A stretch of 64,000 nt of DNA. It comes from an uncultured Candidatus Saccharibacteria bacterium. GTDB taxonomy: Bacteria; Patescibacteriota; Minisyncoccia; UBA6257; Colwellbacteraceae. The stretch is from positions 13,349 through 77,348 of the forward strand of contig CAZSQQ010000002.1 in NCBI GenBank assembly GCA_964609135.1, given 5' to 3'. Every line of letters starts with the position of its first letter. Position 1 is the first letter of the stretch. This document shows positions 9,298 through 17,749 of the stretch, piece after piece. The notes under the pieces were generated by a model. The model was not told where the DNA came from. It was given only the letters and a program-made list of their open reading frames with translations, and made no database searches. The position numbers and the translations under genes are program-made.

Positions 9298-9780
9298 CTA
9301 TCCCCAAAACTTGTGGAGCTTCGGATACTGCCTGCAAATCGGAAGATTGGCGCACCAGTTTTCCAACCCCCAATATCTTCCTGCTCTCACGGCGGCGAAG
9401 AACAGAAGAACTGCGGCGTAAACGATGTGTTCATCAACCAGAAATCCGTGCTCAACTTTCGGAAATTCCAAAACGGGGAAATAGTAAAGCAACATCAAAC
9501 CTACGCCCAGAACAGAGCTTAATCTAACCCCTATTCCCAGAATCAAAGATATTCCCAGAAGAGTCAGTCCCCATTCGTTTACAAAATTCACCCAGCCGAT
9601 ATTGGCGTCGGAGGCAAACCACTGGAATAATTCGGGGAAGGTTTTAGCGGTTGTGAGATATCCTTTGGCTGTCCAAGCGGGATCCATAATTTTGGTAATG
9701 CCGGCATAGAACATAAGCCAACCGACAGCGACTCTCGCGATAGTCAAAAACAGTGCCTCGTTTTTAGTCAAATTAGTCAT
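9298..9780 (-). CDS. DoxX family membrane protein
   Basis: 4-TM DoxX-like profile (ARVAVGWLMFYAGITKI...); start at Met9, 2 nt after upstream stop. Confidence 0.65.
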   Translation of the reverse strand: MTNLTKNEALFLTIARVAVGWLMFYAGITKIMDPAWTAKGYLTTAKTFPELFQWFASDANIGWVNFVNEWGLTLLGISLILGIGVRLSSVLGVGLMLLYYFPVLEFPKVEHGFLVDEHIVYAAVLLFFAAVRAGRYWGLENWCANLPICRQYPKLHKFWG

Positions 9781-10342
9781 TTTTATCCTTATTTTCTTTA
9801 TCAATCGACCGCCATAGTTTAACTATGGCCAAGAAAAGTAATATCAAGAGGCCAATCCAAAAAAGTGTGCCTATCAGGCCAATAATCCCCCACGAGTTGT
9901 AGGTCCACGGATTACTCCAGTTACCCATCATACCTCCTAACATTATCTGCATCATGGGCATAAAACCTCCGGCTTGGGAGGAAAAGGCAGCCGAGGTATC
10001 ACAACCGCTTAATCTTTTACCCATCACGAGATGTGCCTGCTCTTCGCCCGACTCACCCATCATACTAATCATCATGGCGTTCATCACGGCATGCGAATTC
10101 CCCATCATAGTCCCCATAAAATATTCACCCAAAGCTTCGAAATCGCCGTCGTTTAAGTCGCTGCAATTAAGCTGTTTTGATTGAAGCTTTTCCCACAGCG
10201 TCTTACCCTCTGCCTCCTCTTTTTTGGTATGTTCTTCAATTTCCGGGGTAACACTCTTAAACATCGTCTGTCCTTGAGCTTGAGAAACGAGACCGGGTGC
10301 GAAGAGAAGGGCACTAATGAACACTATGAATATCTTTGTCAT
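9773..10342 (-). CDS. secreted Met-rich protein with C-terminal TM anchor (possible Cu(I)-binding Mets motifs)
   Basis: Signal peptide, then MGTMMGNSHAVMNAMMISMMGE and GGFMPMMQIMLGGMMGNW clusters, then C-terminal TM. Confidence 0.5.
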   Translation of the reverse strand: MTKIFIVFISALLFAPGLVSQAQGQTMFKSVTPEIEEHTKKEEAEGKTLWEKLQSKQLNCSDLNDGDFEALGEYFMGTMMGNSHAVMNAMMISMMGESGEEQAHLVMGKRLSGCDTSAAFSSQAGGFMPMMQIMLGGMMGNWSNPWTYNSWGIIGLIGTLFWIGLLILLFLAIVKLWRSIDKENKDKND

Positions 10343-10382
10343 TGTATAAGTTGGTACATCTTATTAAAAATTATACTCCTCT

Positions 10383-10763
10383 TTATGGTTGTAGGGGACA
10401 ACCGCTTTCTTCCGAAAGCTTCTCCAGCCCCTGTTCGCCGGCTAATCTCCGACCATCCGGGAAAAGCCAAGAGGGGTAACTCTCAACTTTATTGGCCAGA
10501 CATCTCTTCGGTTCTTCGGTACACTCCACATAATTCACAAATCGGAAAGAATCACCAAAAGCCGCTTTCTCATTTTGACAATGGGGACACCAATAAGCGC
10601 CGTACATTACGGCTCCGCTATTCGAAAGACACTCGGCAAAACCGTCGTACTTTCCTTGAGCAACCTTCGGAGAAAAGACGTTGGCCATCAAGGTTATGGC
10701 AATGACTGCCGAGAGAAAGATAAAAATAAAAATTGTAATTTTCTTAACCATGCTCAACAACAA
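10383..10763 (-). CDS. membrane-anchored thioredoxin-fold protein with WCPHC active site
   Basis: N-terminal signal anchor followed by ...GAYWCPHCQNEK... (CxxC thioredoxin/DsbA-type motif). Confidence 0.65.
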   Translation of the reverse strand: MLLSMVKKITIFIFIFLSAVIAITLMANVFSPKVAQGKYDGFAECLSNSGAVMYGAYWCPHCQNEKAAFGDSFRFVNYVECTEEPKRCLANKVESYPSWLFPDGRRLAGEQGLEKLSEESGCPLQP

Positions 10764-11215
10764 TTTTCCATCTCCTCCTTTATTTTCTTAACTGACTCGT
10801 TCTTGCTCGAGGCCACCTTCTCTCGCCTGCCGAAAAGAAAATAGCCGAACCCCAATAAAAGCAGAGCTTCGAGAATCAAAACCAACGGACTTAAATTAAT
10901 CAAAAATAAATAAGAGATGGTTAATCCGATAAAAATAACCGGCAATTTCCATCTCCAAATACTTTGACGGGCAAATACATATTTCTTTTCTCCTTGAAAA
11001 GCAATACCAACAACCGTCCCTCCTATAAGCAATCCCAAGGGCAAAAGATACGCTTCTTCATCGAAGATTCCCAAAACGATGAGCAAAGAAATTATAAGCC
11101 AGGTGGAACTTACCCCCAGACAAATTGGACAAATTTCTAACCGCAGCGTCCGATTTAGAAACCGGGCACTAACGGTAATCAAGAACGCCAAACTTATCGC
11201 CACCAACATAGCCAT
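10754..11215 (-). CDS. small 4-TM membrane protein with CPIC (CxxC) motif at edge of TM1; possible DsbB/VKOR-like thiol oxidoreductase partner
   Basis: Start taken at ATG 11215, sharing its A with ccdA stop (TGATG); family assignment tentative. Confidence 0.45.
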   Translation of the reverse strand: MAMLVAISLAFLITVSARFLNRTLRLEICPICLGVSSTWLIISLLIVLGIFDEEAYLLPLGLLIGGTVVGIAFQGEKKYVFARQSIWRWKLPVIFIGLTISYLFLINLSPLVLILEALLLLGFGYFLFGRREKVASSKNESVKKIKEEMENCC

Positions 11216-11991
11216 CAGACAAAGTAAATTATAGACCCTAATCCGACCATGAGGATACCGGCAATTAATCTTTCGGTTTTCCGCTCCTCTCTCTGCCACA
11301 CTTGAACCTTCTCCAGAACTTTCTTATCCGATGCCACAAAGAGGATAACAAGAAGCGGCAGGACGAAAATAATGTTGTAGAAGATGAGGTATGCTAATCC
11401 GTTTAAGAACGTCGCCTGGTCATGCAACAATCCCAGAACCGCGAGGTATGGACCCCCGGTGCAGGGGAATTCACAGATACCGACAAATGCGCCAAGCAAA
11501 AAAGCTGTGGGCAAACTGGCTTGGTCAATCATTACCGCCATCTTATTGTGAGCTGAATGCGGAATATGTAACTTAATCGGGAAGTTCGGAACCAGGACTT
11601 CCAGGGCATTAATGATTCCGAAACCAATAAGCATTATGGCGCCGACCTTGGCCATAAAATGAGGAATGCTGAAAATGTGCAGAACCTGGAGAATCCCGAG
11701 ACCGATTGCGAGATAAGCCAGGAAAATCCCCAAGATGTAGAGAAGACCGATTCGAAGAATATTGGAACGAAGCCGGCCCAGGCTAAAGAGAAAAGCAATC
11801 GTTAGGAGCAGTATGGAGAAAGCGCAGGGATTAATGCTGTCAACCATAGCCGAGGCGACAACGAGGGGCAGGAGCAGCTTACCGCCAGAAGAAATATCCC
11901 ATAGCAACTGGGCGGAAGACATTGAACCGAAGTAAAAGGCTCCGCCCAATAAGACTGCCGCGAATAGAATCAGCCAATAAATCTTTTTCAT
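11215..11991 (-). CDS. ccdA: cytochrome c biogenesis CcdA / DsbD-beta-domain thiol-disulfide transporter
   Basis: 6 TM with the two conserved Cys motifs SINPCA and CEFPCTGGPYL typical of the DsbD_2/CcdA family. Confidence 0.75.
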   Translation of the reverse strand: MKKIYWLILFAAVLLGGAFYFGSMSSAQLLWDISSGGKLLLPLVVASAMVDSINPCAFSILLLTIAFLFSLGRLRSNILRIGLLYILGIFLAYLAIGLGILQVLHIFSIPHFMAKVGAIMLIGFGIINALEVLVPNFPIKLHIPHSAHNKMAVMIDQASLPTAFLLGAFVGICEFPCTGGPYLAVLGLLHDQATFLNGLAYLIFYNIIFVLPLLVILFVASDKKVLEKVQVWQREERKTERLIAGILMVGLGSIIYFV

Positions 11992-11995
11992 CTAT

Positions 11996-12511
11996 TTAGG
12001 GAGTAACGTTGACTTTGAAGCTTAAGACAACGGGCTCGGAACCGCCGAAATCCAGATAAATTTCCCGTTCTATGAATCCCACGCCAGCCGGACCGTGAGC
12101 AGCCGGATCGAAAACCGCACGGACATTAAGAACCTGGTTGGGTTCAATTTTCAGATTGGCGGTCTTCCATAATCCTGAATCCCCGTGCCCGGGCATACCA
12201 AAAGGTCCGACCTCTCTACCGCCCTCCAAACTCAAGAAAGCGGTGGTACACATACAGGAAGTGGTCGCTTCTCCCACCCGCAGGGTTTCCGAAGAAATAT
12301 TCTTAACCGCGTAGTTATAATCTACCAATCCTTTCCTCATTGAGACAGAGCCGAAATCATAACCCGTTTCCTTAATCTCGATCTGGGCGAGATTAAAACT
12401 GGAACTGGCGCCTGATGTCGAGCTTGACTGAATCTTCCCTTGGAGACTCCATACGGATAGACCGGCTATCACCAAAACAAAAAGTGCAATTATTTTAGTT
12501 GAATTTTTCAT
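11996..12511 (-). CDS. exported DUF1573-like protein (conserved SCMCT motif)
   Basis: Signal peptide; YDFGSV...N-x-S...SCMCT matches the DUF1573 core pattern (FDFG...SCGCT). Confidence 0.5.
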   Translation of the reverse strand: MKNSTKIIALFVLVIAGLSVWSLQGKIQSSSTSGASSSFNLAQIEIKETGYDFGSVSMRKGLVDYNYAVKNISSETLRVGEATTSCMCTTAFLSLEGGREVGPFGMPGHGDSGLWKTANLKIEPNQVLNVRAVFDPAAHGPAGVGFIEREIYLDFGGSEPVVLSFKVNVTP

Positions 12512-12597
12512 GTTAGTTGAATTTAACTTTTAATTAGACGCAAAGAAATAGAGCACCAGAAAGTACCAGGGGGCCGCAACCAAAGAAAGCCGCGGCT

Positions 12598-12957
12598 CTA
12601 TCTCAAATTAGGACTATTGAGGTGAGAAACCAGCCAGCTCAATTCTTTTTCAGATAATCGACGGGGTCGGGCATCAACAAAACTAAAATTTCTGTCTAGA
12701 GTTGTATTTAACGTGCTAATCGAATTGGCGAGAAAAAGAATTCCAAGATAAACAAGGGGCAGGACAAGAGACAATAAACCGTTCAAAGACGCGAGATGTC
12801 CCAAAATATCCTCCAAACCGCCGGCCAAACCGCACAGTCCGCCGCTTCCCAAGGGGCAGAAATGACTGCCCACAGTATGAATAGCGAAAACGAAGAATAC
12901 GCTCGCAATCAAGCTCAGAATTAAAATAACACTAAGAGTTTTTTGGTGGAGAACCAT
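12598..12957 (-). CDS. small membrane protein with HFCPLGSGGLCG Cys pair
   Basis: 119-aa ORF, 2-3 TM, co-oriented between DUF1573 gene and copA. Confidence 0.4.
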   Translation of the reverse strand: MVLHQKTLSVILILSLIASVFFVFAIHTVGSHFCPLGSGGLCGLAGGLEDILGHLASLNGLLSLVLPLVYLGILFLANSISTLNTTLDRNFSFVDARPRRLSEKELSWLVSHLNSPNLR

Positions 12958-12990
12958 TTCCCTTAAATTAACATGGAATAACTTAGAAGT

Positions 12991-15183
12991 CTACTGGCGC
13001 AGGCTGGGTTCGACGCGTTTAAGAAGAACTGCATTGGTAGCCACGATGATGGATGAAGCCGACATGAGAAGCGCGGAAATTTCCGGCCGAAGCGACCAGT
13101 GAAGCGAGCTATAGAAAACTCCTGCGGCAATGGGAATGGCAAGCATGTTGTAAATCGCAGCCCAGAAAAGATTCTGTTTCATCTTGACAACGGTTGCTCT
13201 ACTCAAGCGAAGCGCAGCCACAATGTCGTAGGGGTCCGACTTCATAAGAACAATGTTCCCCGTCTCTATGGCCACATCTGTTCCCGCACCAATCGCAATA
13301 CCGATATCCGCTTGGGCAAGCGCCGGTGCATCGTTAATTCCGTCACCGACCATCGCGACAAACTTGCCTTCGTCCTGTAATTGCTTCACATACTTGGCTT
13401 TGTCTCCAGGAAGCACTTGCGCGAAGTAGCGATTGATACCAAGGTCTTTGGCTATCGCACCCGCCACTCGTTCATGGTCGCCGGTAATCATAACCACTTC
13501 CAAACCCATGGACTGCAATACTGAAATCGTCTTTTTCGCCGACGGCCGCAAAGTATCAGCCACACCAATTACTCCCGCAACACTGTTATCAATTGCTACA
13601 ATGCTCAAGGTGTTTCCAGCCTCGAGCAGATGGTCAATCTCCGAGCGAAGCGGTGAGAGATCGATTTTGTGCTGCTGCATGAGACGTTCCGTGCCGGCAA
13701 TAACCGACTGGCCGCCTACGACCGCGCGAACACCCTCTCCGCTAACCGCCTCAAATTTTTCTATCCTCTGTTTTACTTCAATGCCGCGCTTTTTAGCTTC
13801 TTCAATAATAGAAAAGCTGATTGGGTGATTGGAACCAGTTTCAACGGCTGCCGATACGGCAATAAGTTCACGCACGCTATTCCCTGGACGAACGATTATT
13901 TCGGTAACTTGCGGCTTGCCCATGGTCAAAGTACCTGTTTTATCAAGAACAATGGCCGTAAGCCTCGAAGTATTTTCAAGCGTTGCTGCGTCTTTTATAA
14001 GAATGTTGTGTTTGGCGCCGATACCGGTTCCTACGGCAACGGCTGTGGGAGTCGCAAGGCCAAGCGCGTCAGGGCAGGCAATGACAACCGTCGAAACCGC
14101 AAAGGTAAGGGCCGTAAGGAGTCCAGCTCCAGCGCCCAAATACCAACTTAGAAATGCTGCGATCCCGGAACCAATGGCGACAACGACCAGCCAACTCGCC
14201 GCTTTGTCGGCTATGCGCTGGCCGGGCGCTTTAGAATTTTGAGCCGTCTCAACAAGTTTGATGATTTGCGCAAGAACGGTTTCCGACCCAACCTGGGTAG
14301 CTTTAAACTTGACGGTTCCCGTCTGGTTAACTGAACCGCCGACAACTTTATCACCAACTTTTTTAATAACCGGAATTGATTCTCCGGTCACCAGCGATTC
14401 ATCAATTGAAGTTTCCCCTTCCGTAATCGCGCCGTCTACCGGCGCTTTGTCGCCGGGCCGAAGGACAACGATATCGTTGTGAACAATTTCGGCGCTGGGT
14501 ATGACAGTCTCCTTACCACCACGGATAACCTTGGCTTGCGGCGGCACCAGGTCAAAAAGGGCGCGAAGCGCGTCAGAAGTCCCGCGACGCGAACGCATCT
14601 CCATCCAGTGACCAAATAGAACAAACGTTACTAAAAGCGCTGCGGCTTCATAAAAAGTTTCGCTTCCTCCTATTACGGTAAGTAGCACGCTAAAAAGATA
14701 GGCGGCCAGCACTCCGGTAGCGATCAAGACCGCCATATTAAGTTTCTTGGCTTTAAGAGAATAATAGGTGCCGGTAATGAAAATGGAGCCCGTAAAGAAG
14801 ACTATCGGCGTTGTGAGAACAAAAAGCAGCCAATTTACCGGAATGGGAGTTGGAAGATCGAGCTTAAAAAAATTAAGGCCCAGTGGAGAATAAAGAACGA
14901 TAGGGATTGAGAGCAGGAAAGACACTAAAAATCTGCGACGCATGTCGACTTCCATCTGCTCGGCAATTGCCGGATTTGTCATAGCGGCCTCGTGATCAGC
15001 GTGGCTCCCGCCTACGCCACGGCTATGGCGGGCAGGCATTTTCTGCATATTGCGGCTGGCGTGAGAGTCAGCCTTTCGGGGTATCAAATCCATACCGCAG
15101 GCCGGGCACCGGCCGGGTTCGCTCTTCCGAACTTGCGGGTGCATCGGGCAAGCATAGATTTTTTGCGAGGAGCTTTGACCCAC
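12991..15183 (-). CDS. copA: copper-translocating P1B-type ATPase
   Basis: N-terminal CPMHPQV...CPACGM metal-binding ribbon, 8 TM, TGES-type actuator, DKTGTLT phosphorylation site, [10 protein letters not shown] hinge; TM6 motif reads [11 protein letters not shown] (CPD, not CPC). Confidence 0.9.
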   Translation of the reverse strand: MGQSSSQKIYACPMHPQVRKSEPGRCPACGMDLIPRKADSHASRNMQKMPARHSRGVGGSHADHEAAMTNPAIAEQMEVDMRRRFLVSFLLSIPIVLYSPLGLNFFKLDLPTPIPVNWLLFVLTTPIVFFTGSIFITGTYYSLKAKKLNMAVLIATGVLAAYLFSVLLTVIGGSETFYEAAALLVTFVLFGHWMEMRSRRGTSDALRALFDLVPPQAKVIRGGKETVIPSAEIVHNDIVVLRPGDKAPVDGAITEGETSIDESLVTGESIPVIKKVGDKVVGGSVNQTGTVKFKATQVGSETVLAQIIKLVETAQNSKAPGQRIADKAASWLVVVAIGSGIAAFLSWYLGAGAGLLTALTFAVSTVVIACPDALGLATPTAVAVGTGIGAKHNILIKDAATLENTSRLTAIVLDKTGTLTMGKPQVTEIIVRPGNSVRELIAVSAAVETGSNHPISFSIIEEAKKRGIEVKQRIEKFEAVSGEGVRAVVGGQSVIAGTERLMQQHKIDLSPLRSEIDHLLEAGNTLSIVAIDNSVAGVIGVADTLRPSAKKTISVLQSMGLEVVMITGDHERVAGAIAKDLGINRYFAQVLPGDKAKYVKQLQDEGKFVAMVGDGINDAPALAQADIGIAIGAGTDVAIETGNIVLMKSDPYDIVAALRLSRATVVKMKQNLFWAAIYNMLAIPIAAGVFYSSLHWSLRPEISALLMSASSIIVATNAVLLKRVEPSLRQ

Positions 15184-15215
15184 CGATTATGTTTTGATCT
15201 CTACTGTGCGACCTT

Positions 15216-16160
15216 TTATACTCCGCAACTGCCACCCGACCGCACTTCAGGCACAGTAATTTGACTTAGAATTTTCTGGTATCCAGAGGCGCTGGAAAAA
15301 TCATATCCCAGGAGTTCTTTGGGATCGGCTTTTTCCCATCCAACCCCCTTTGATTGAAGATGTCTTGCAATATTCAAATAAGTATCCGGGAACCAGTATG
15401 CATTAACCCGCAGGGCCACTCTGTACATTTCATTTTCCGATATCCCCTGTGATGCCATAAGTTCAAGGAGTCCCAACATCGCCATGCCGTGATTGCAGTC
15501 CGGGAAGTAGGTTGAGTTGTTGCAACATGGACGATAGATGTTCTTTGCGACCCGGGCGACAAGGTCCTGCTCATCTCTCGTTAAAACGATTAAGGGATGC
15601 CCGCTATAATGATCCATTGTTTCCCCTCTCGAGAGCGTCCATCCGCCGGTCGAGGCAAAGTTCTCCGCCCCTCCATATCGCGCATCCATCATCGGCCCTT
15701 CTTCCAAAATAGAACTCTTAGTGCCTAATCCCAACGCCCACAAAAGATTTAAAATGAACCCGGAATTTTCAGACGTAATTTTGAGGTTGCCGTTATCAGA
15801 TCCATATAAAAGTTGCTTGGCTTCATCGGTTAGGCCCCCGCGACTCGCGTAGATCGACTCAAATTTTTCCTTATCGATTACTCCCGCGCTTATCGTTCTC
15901 ACGCCGAGATCACCCCAACGAACCGGCAGGACAATCCCCGCTCGCGGCAACACTTTATCCTTGAGAGCATCAGCAATATGTTGCTCATTTGATAATGTTG
16001 ATAAGGCTTGAGTCTTCGCCCGATCCCGTTGGAACTCCGGTCCCGTTACGTAAATAAAAACTCCAACGAGAGCAATCACGAAAACAAGAATGTTTATATT
16101 TGAAAGCGTATACTCCCCTTGTTTGCCTTTGCTCTCCATGTCCGGTTTTGTATTATTCAT
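15216..16160 (-). CDS. hypothetical membrane-anchored protein of the cop operon (Cys/His/Met cluster RPCCNNSTYFPDCNHGMAM)
   Basis: About 314 aa from Met19 (16160) to avoid overlap with csoR; one N-terminal TM; no family recognised. Confidence 0.45.
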   Translation of the reverse strand: MNNTKPDMESKGKQGEYTLSNINILVFVIALVGVFIYVTGPEFQRDRAKTQALSTLSNEQHIADALKDKVLPRAGIVLPVRWGDLGVRTISAGVIDKEKFESIYASRGGLTDEAKQLLYGSDNGNLKITSENSGFILNLLWALGLGTKSSILEEGPMMDARYGGAENFASTGGWTLSRGETMDHYSGHPLIVLTRDEQDLVARVAKNIYRPCCNNSTYFPDCNHGMAMLGLLELMASQGISENEMYRVALRVNAYWFPDTYLNIARHLQSKGVGWEKADPKELLGYDFSSASGYQKILSQITVPEVRSGGSCGV

Positions 16161-16188
16161 AACATATTTATTGCAAGCCAACTTCGTT

Positions 16189-16452
16189 TCATTTAGAAAG
16201 TTTATAGATAGCAATAATCTCTTTGACTGCCTTTTTTGATTTTTGTCCCTTTATTTGTTCTACGGCATGTGTGGCAATATGATTCTCAAAAATAAAATCT
16301 TCAAAACTAGAGAGGGCTTTCTTAATCGCCAACGACTGAATAATAATATCGGGGCAGTAGCGGTCGTCTTCAACCATTTTTTGCAGACCGTGGATCTGGC
16401 CGCCAATTATTTTGAGGCGGCGCAGGGCTCGTCCTTGAGTTTTTGTAACCAT
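16189..16452 (-). CDS. csoR: CsoR/RcnR-family metal-sensing transcriptional repressor
   Basis: ALRRLKIIGGQIHGLQKMVEDDRYCPDIIIQ...H...H matches the CsoR fingerprint (RLxRIEGQ, conserved Cys and His ligands); 88 aa from Met14. Confidence 0.75.
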   Translation of the reverse strand: MVTKTQGRALRRLKIIGGQIHGLQKMVEDDRYCPDIIIQSLAIKKALSSFEDFIFENHIATHAVEQIKGQKSKKAVKEIIAIYKLSK

Positions 16453-16462
16453 TGCCTTAAAT

Positions 16463-16480
16463 AATACCCCTAGGGGGTAT
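16463..16480. promoter_or_regulatory. putative CsoR operator: 18-bp perfect palindrome ATACCCCCTAGGGGGTAT immediately upstream of csoR
   Basis: Perfect dyad; closely resembles the known GC-tract CsoR operators of form TACCC-N-GGGTA (B. subtilis copZA). Confidence 0.55.
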
Positions 16481-16492
16481 TCTGTCAACAAC

Positions 16493-16786
16493 CTAAAAGT
16501 AACGTATCAGGACCTTCCCTAAAACATCTTTTTTCGTTATCCAGCCAAAACTTCGGCTGTCGGTGCTCTCCCCTTCGTTGTCACCGGAAACAAAGTACTC
16601 ATCTCCCCGAACTTCTTTGATTCTTTTCAAAATCAAACGCCCATCACGAGGATCTTTTAAAACCACGACTTCGTCCGCCTTGGGTCCTCTAAATTTATAA
16701 ATCAGATTGCTAACCAAAAGTTTGCCGCCTTCTCTAAAAACCGGTTCCATGCTCCGTCCGGAAACAATAAAACGGGAAAGAAACAT
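16493..16786 (-). CDS. sodX: S26-family NiSOD maturation peptidase (SodX-like)
   Basis: Short signal-peptidase-like protein with SGRSMEPVF Ser box and ...LKRIKEVRGD... Lys box; TAATG overlap with sodN. Confidence 0.6.
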   Translation of the reverse strand: MFLSRFIVSGRSMEPVFREGGKLLVSNLIYKFRGPKADEVVVLKDPRDGRLILKRIKEVRGDEYFVSGDNEGESTDSRSFGWITKKDVLGKVLIRYF

Positions 16787-17214
16787 TATTTCTTAGTCCT
16801 TTCAAATATCTCTCCGATCTCGGCAACTTTTTGTCTTAACTCCTTGGCCGATTCGAGGTTTATCTCTCGCTTATTTTTAGAACAGAGCTTGGTCGCAACC
16901 CAAATCTTCTCGTGAAGGTCGGGAAACTGAATCAAATGTTCCGGTTTAAAATAATCCGTCCAGAGAATTAATATTTCTTTTTTGCAAAGTTCGGCGTGTT
17001 CTTCTTTAACTCTGACCATCCGAGCAGCTGAATTCTCATAAACGAGCATCTCTCCTTTATTGAAAGAGGTTGGTGGTGTAAGTCCAGTCAAAAGAATAAC
17101 CATCTTTTCGACCGTCTCCGCGGCCATAGCCGAGGGCACAGCCGAATAAATCCCGCAGGGAATATCGCAGTGAGCGTAAACTACTTTTAGCTCGCCGAAG
17201 ATTCGCATTGGCAT
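16786..17214 (-). CDS. sodN: nickel superoxide dismutase precursor
   Basis: 14-aa propeptide then HCDIPCGIY, the Ni-hook (HCDLPCGVY consensus) of NiSOD; size and helical remainder fit. Confidence 0.8.
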   Translation of the reverse strand: MPMRIFGELKVVYAHCDIPCGIYSAVPSAMAAETVEKMVILLTGLTPPTSFNKGEMLVYENSAARMVRVKEEHAELCKKEILILWTDYFKPEHLIQFPDLHEKIWVATKLCSKNKREINLESAKELRQKVAEIGEIFERTKK

Positions 17215-17739
17215 TTACTGAACAACGACTCGGCCAGTAAACTTTGGATTCAATTTATCAACGTAGTCCCAAATGCCTGAGCGTTCGAAGGTTACGCGCA
17301 GATTTTCGCCAAGCTTTAGACCGGCGCAAGAATCAAACTTGCTCCCGCAAGGACCTCTTTCCGGATATTGATTGGAGGCGACTGATGCCACCCAGTGGGG
17401 AGCCTTATCTCTGTTGGTCCACAGAACTGCCGTGCCTTTGACGATATTTACCTCTGCGGGGCTGAAGCCGGCGGTAGTAATATCAATAACCATGTTGGCC
17501 TGTTTCTCGATAGGAACCATTACCTGGGTAATAGTCCCGTCTTGGGGAACATAAACTTCCGGCGGTTTTTGGACAGGGACCGGAGCGGCTTCTTTTTTGC
17601 CGGTAAGCGAATCTTGAAACTGCTTTAACGGAGTACCGGTTGGCCAATTAACAAGCGTGAAGACGCCAACTACAACGACCGCTAAAACCAGAGCGGCGGC
17701 CACTTTACTGGCTTTTTCGTTATCCATTTCCATAATCAT
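17215..17739 (-). CDS. secreted protein with C-terminal cupredoxin-like domain (paralog A)
   Basis: Signal anchor; GFSPAEVNIVKGTAVLWTNRD..H...C-x6-C...G.W.Y....LNP...G.VVV shared with next gene. Confidence 0.5.
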   Translation of the reverse strand: MIMEMDNEKASKVAAALVLAVVVVGVFTLVNWPTGTPLKQFQDSLTGKKEAAPVPVQKPPEVYVPQDGTITQVMVPIEKQANMVIDITTAGFSPAEVNIVKGTAVLWTNRDKAPHWVASVASNQYPERGPCGSKFDSCAGLKLGENLRVTFERSGIWDYVDKLNPKFTGRVVVQ

Positions 17740-17749
17740 ACCATCTTCC

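Noticed and set aside
13099-14482. Plus-strand ORFs inside copA (13099..13380, 13433..13828, 13669..14151, 13829..14242, 14258..14482)
   Set aside because: Antisense to a well-supported 730-aa P-type ATPase; they have Ala/Arg/Pro-rich composition with no motifs.
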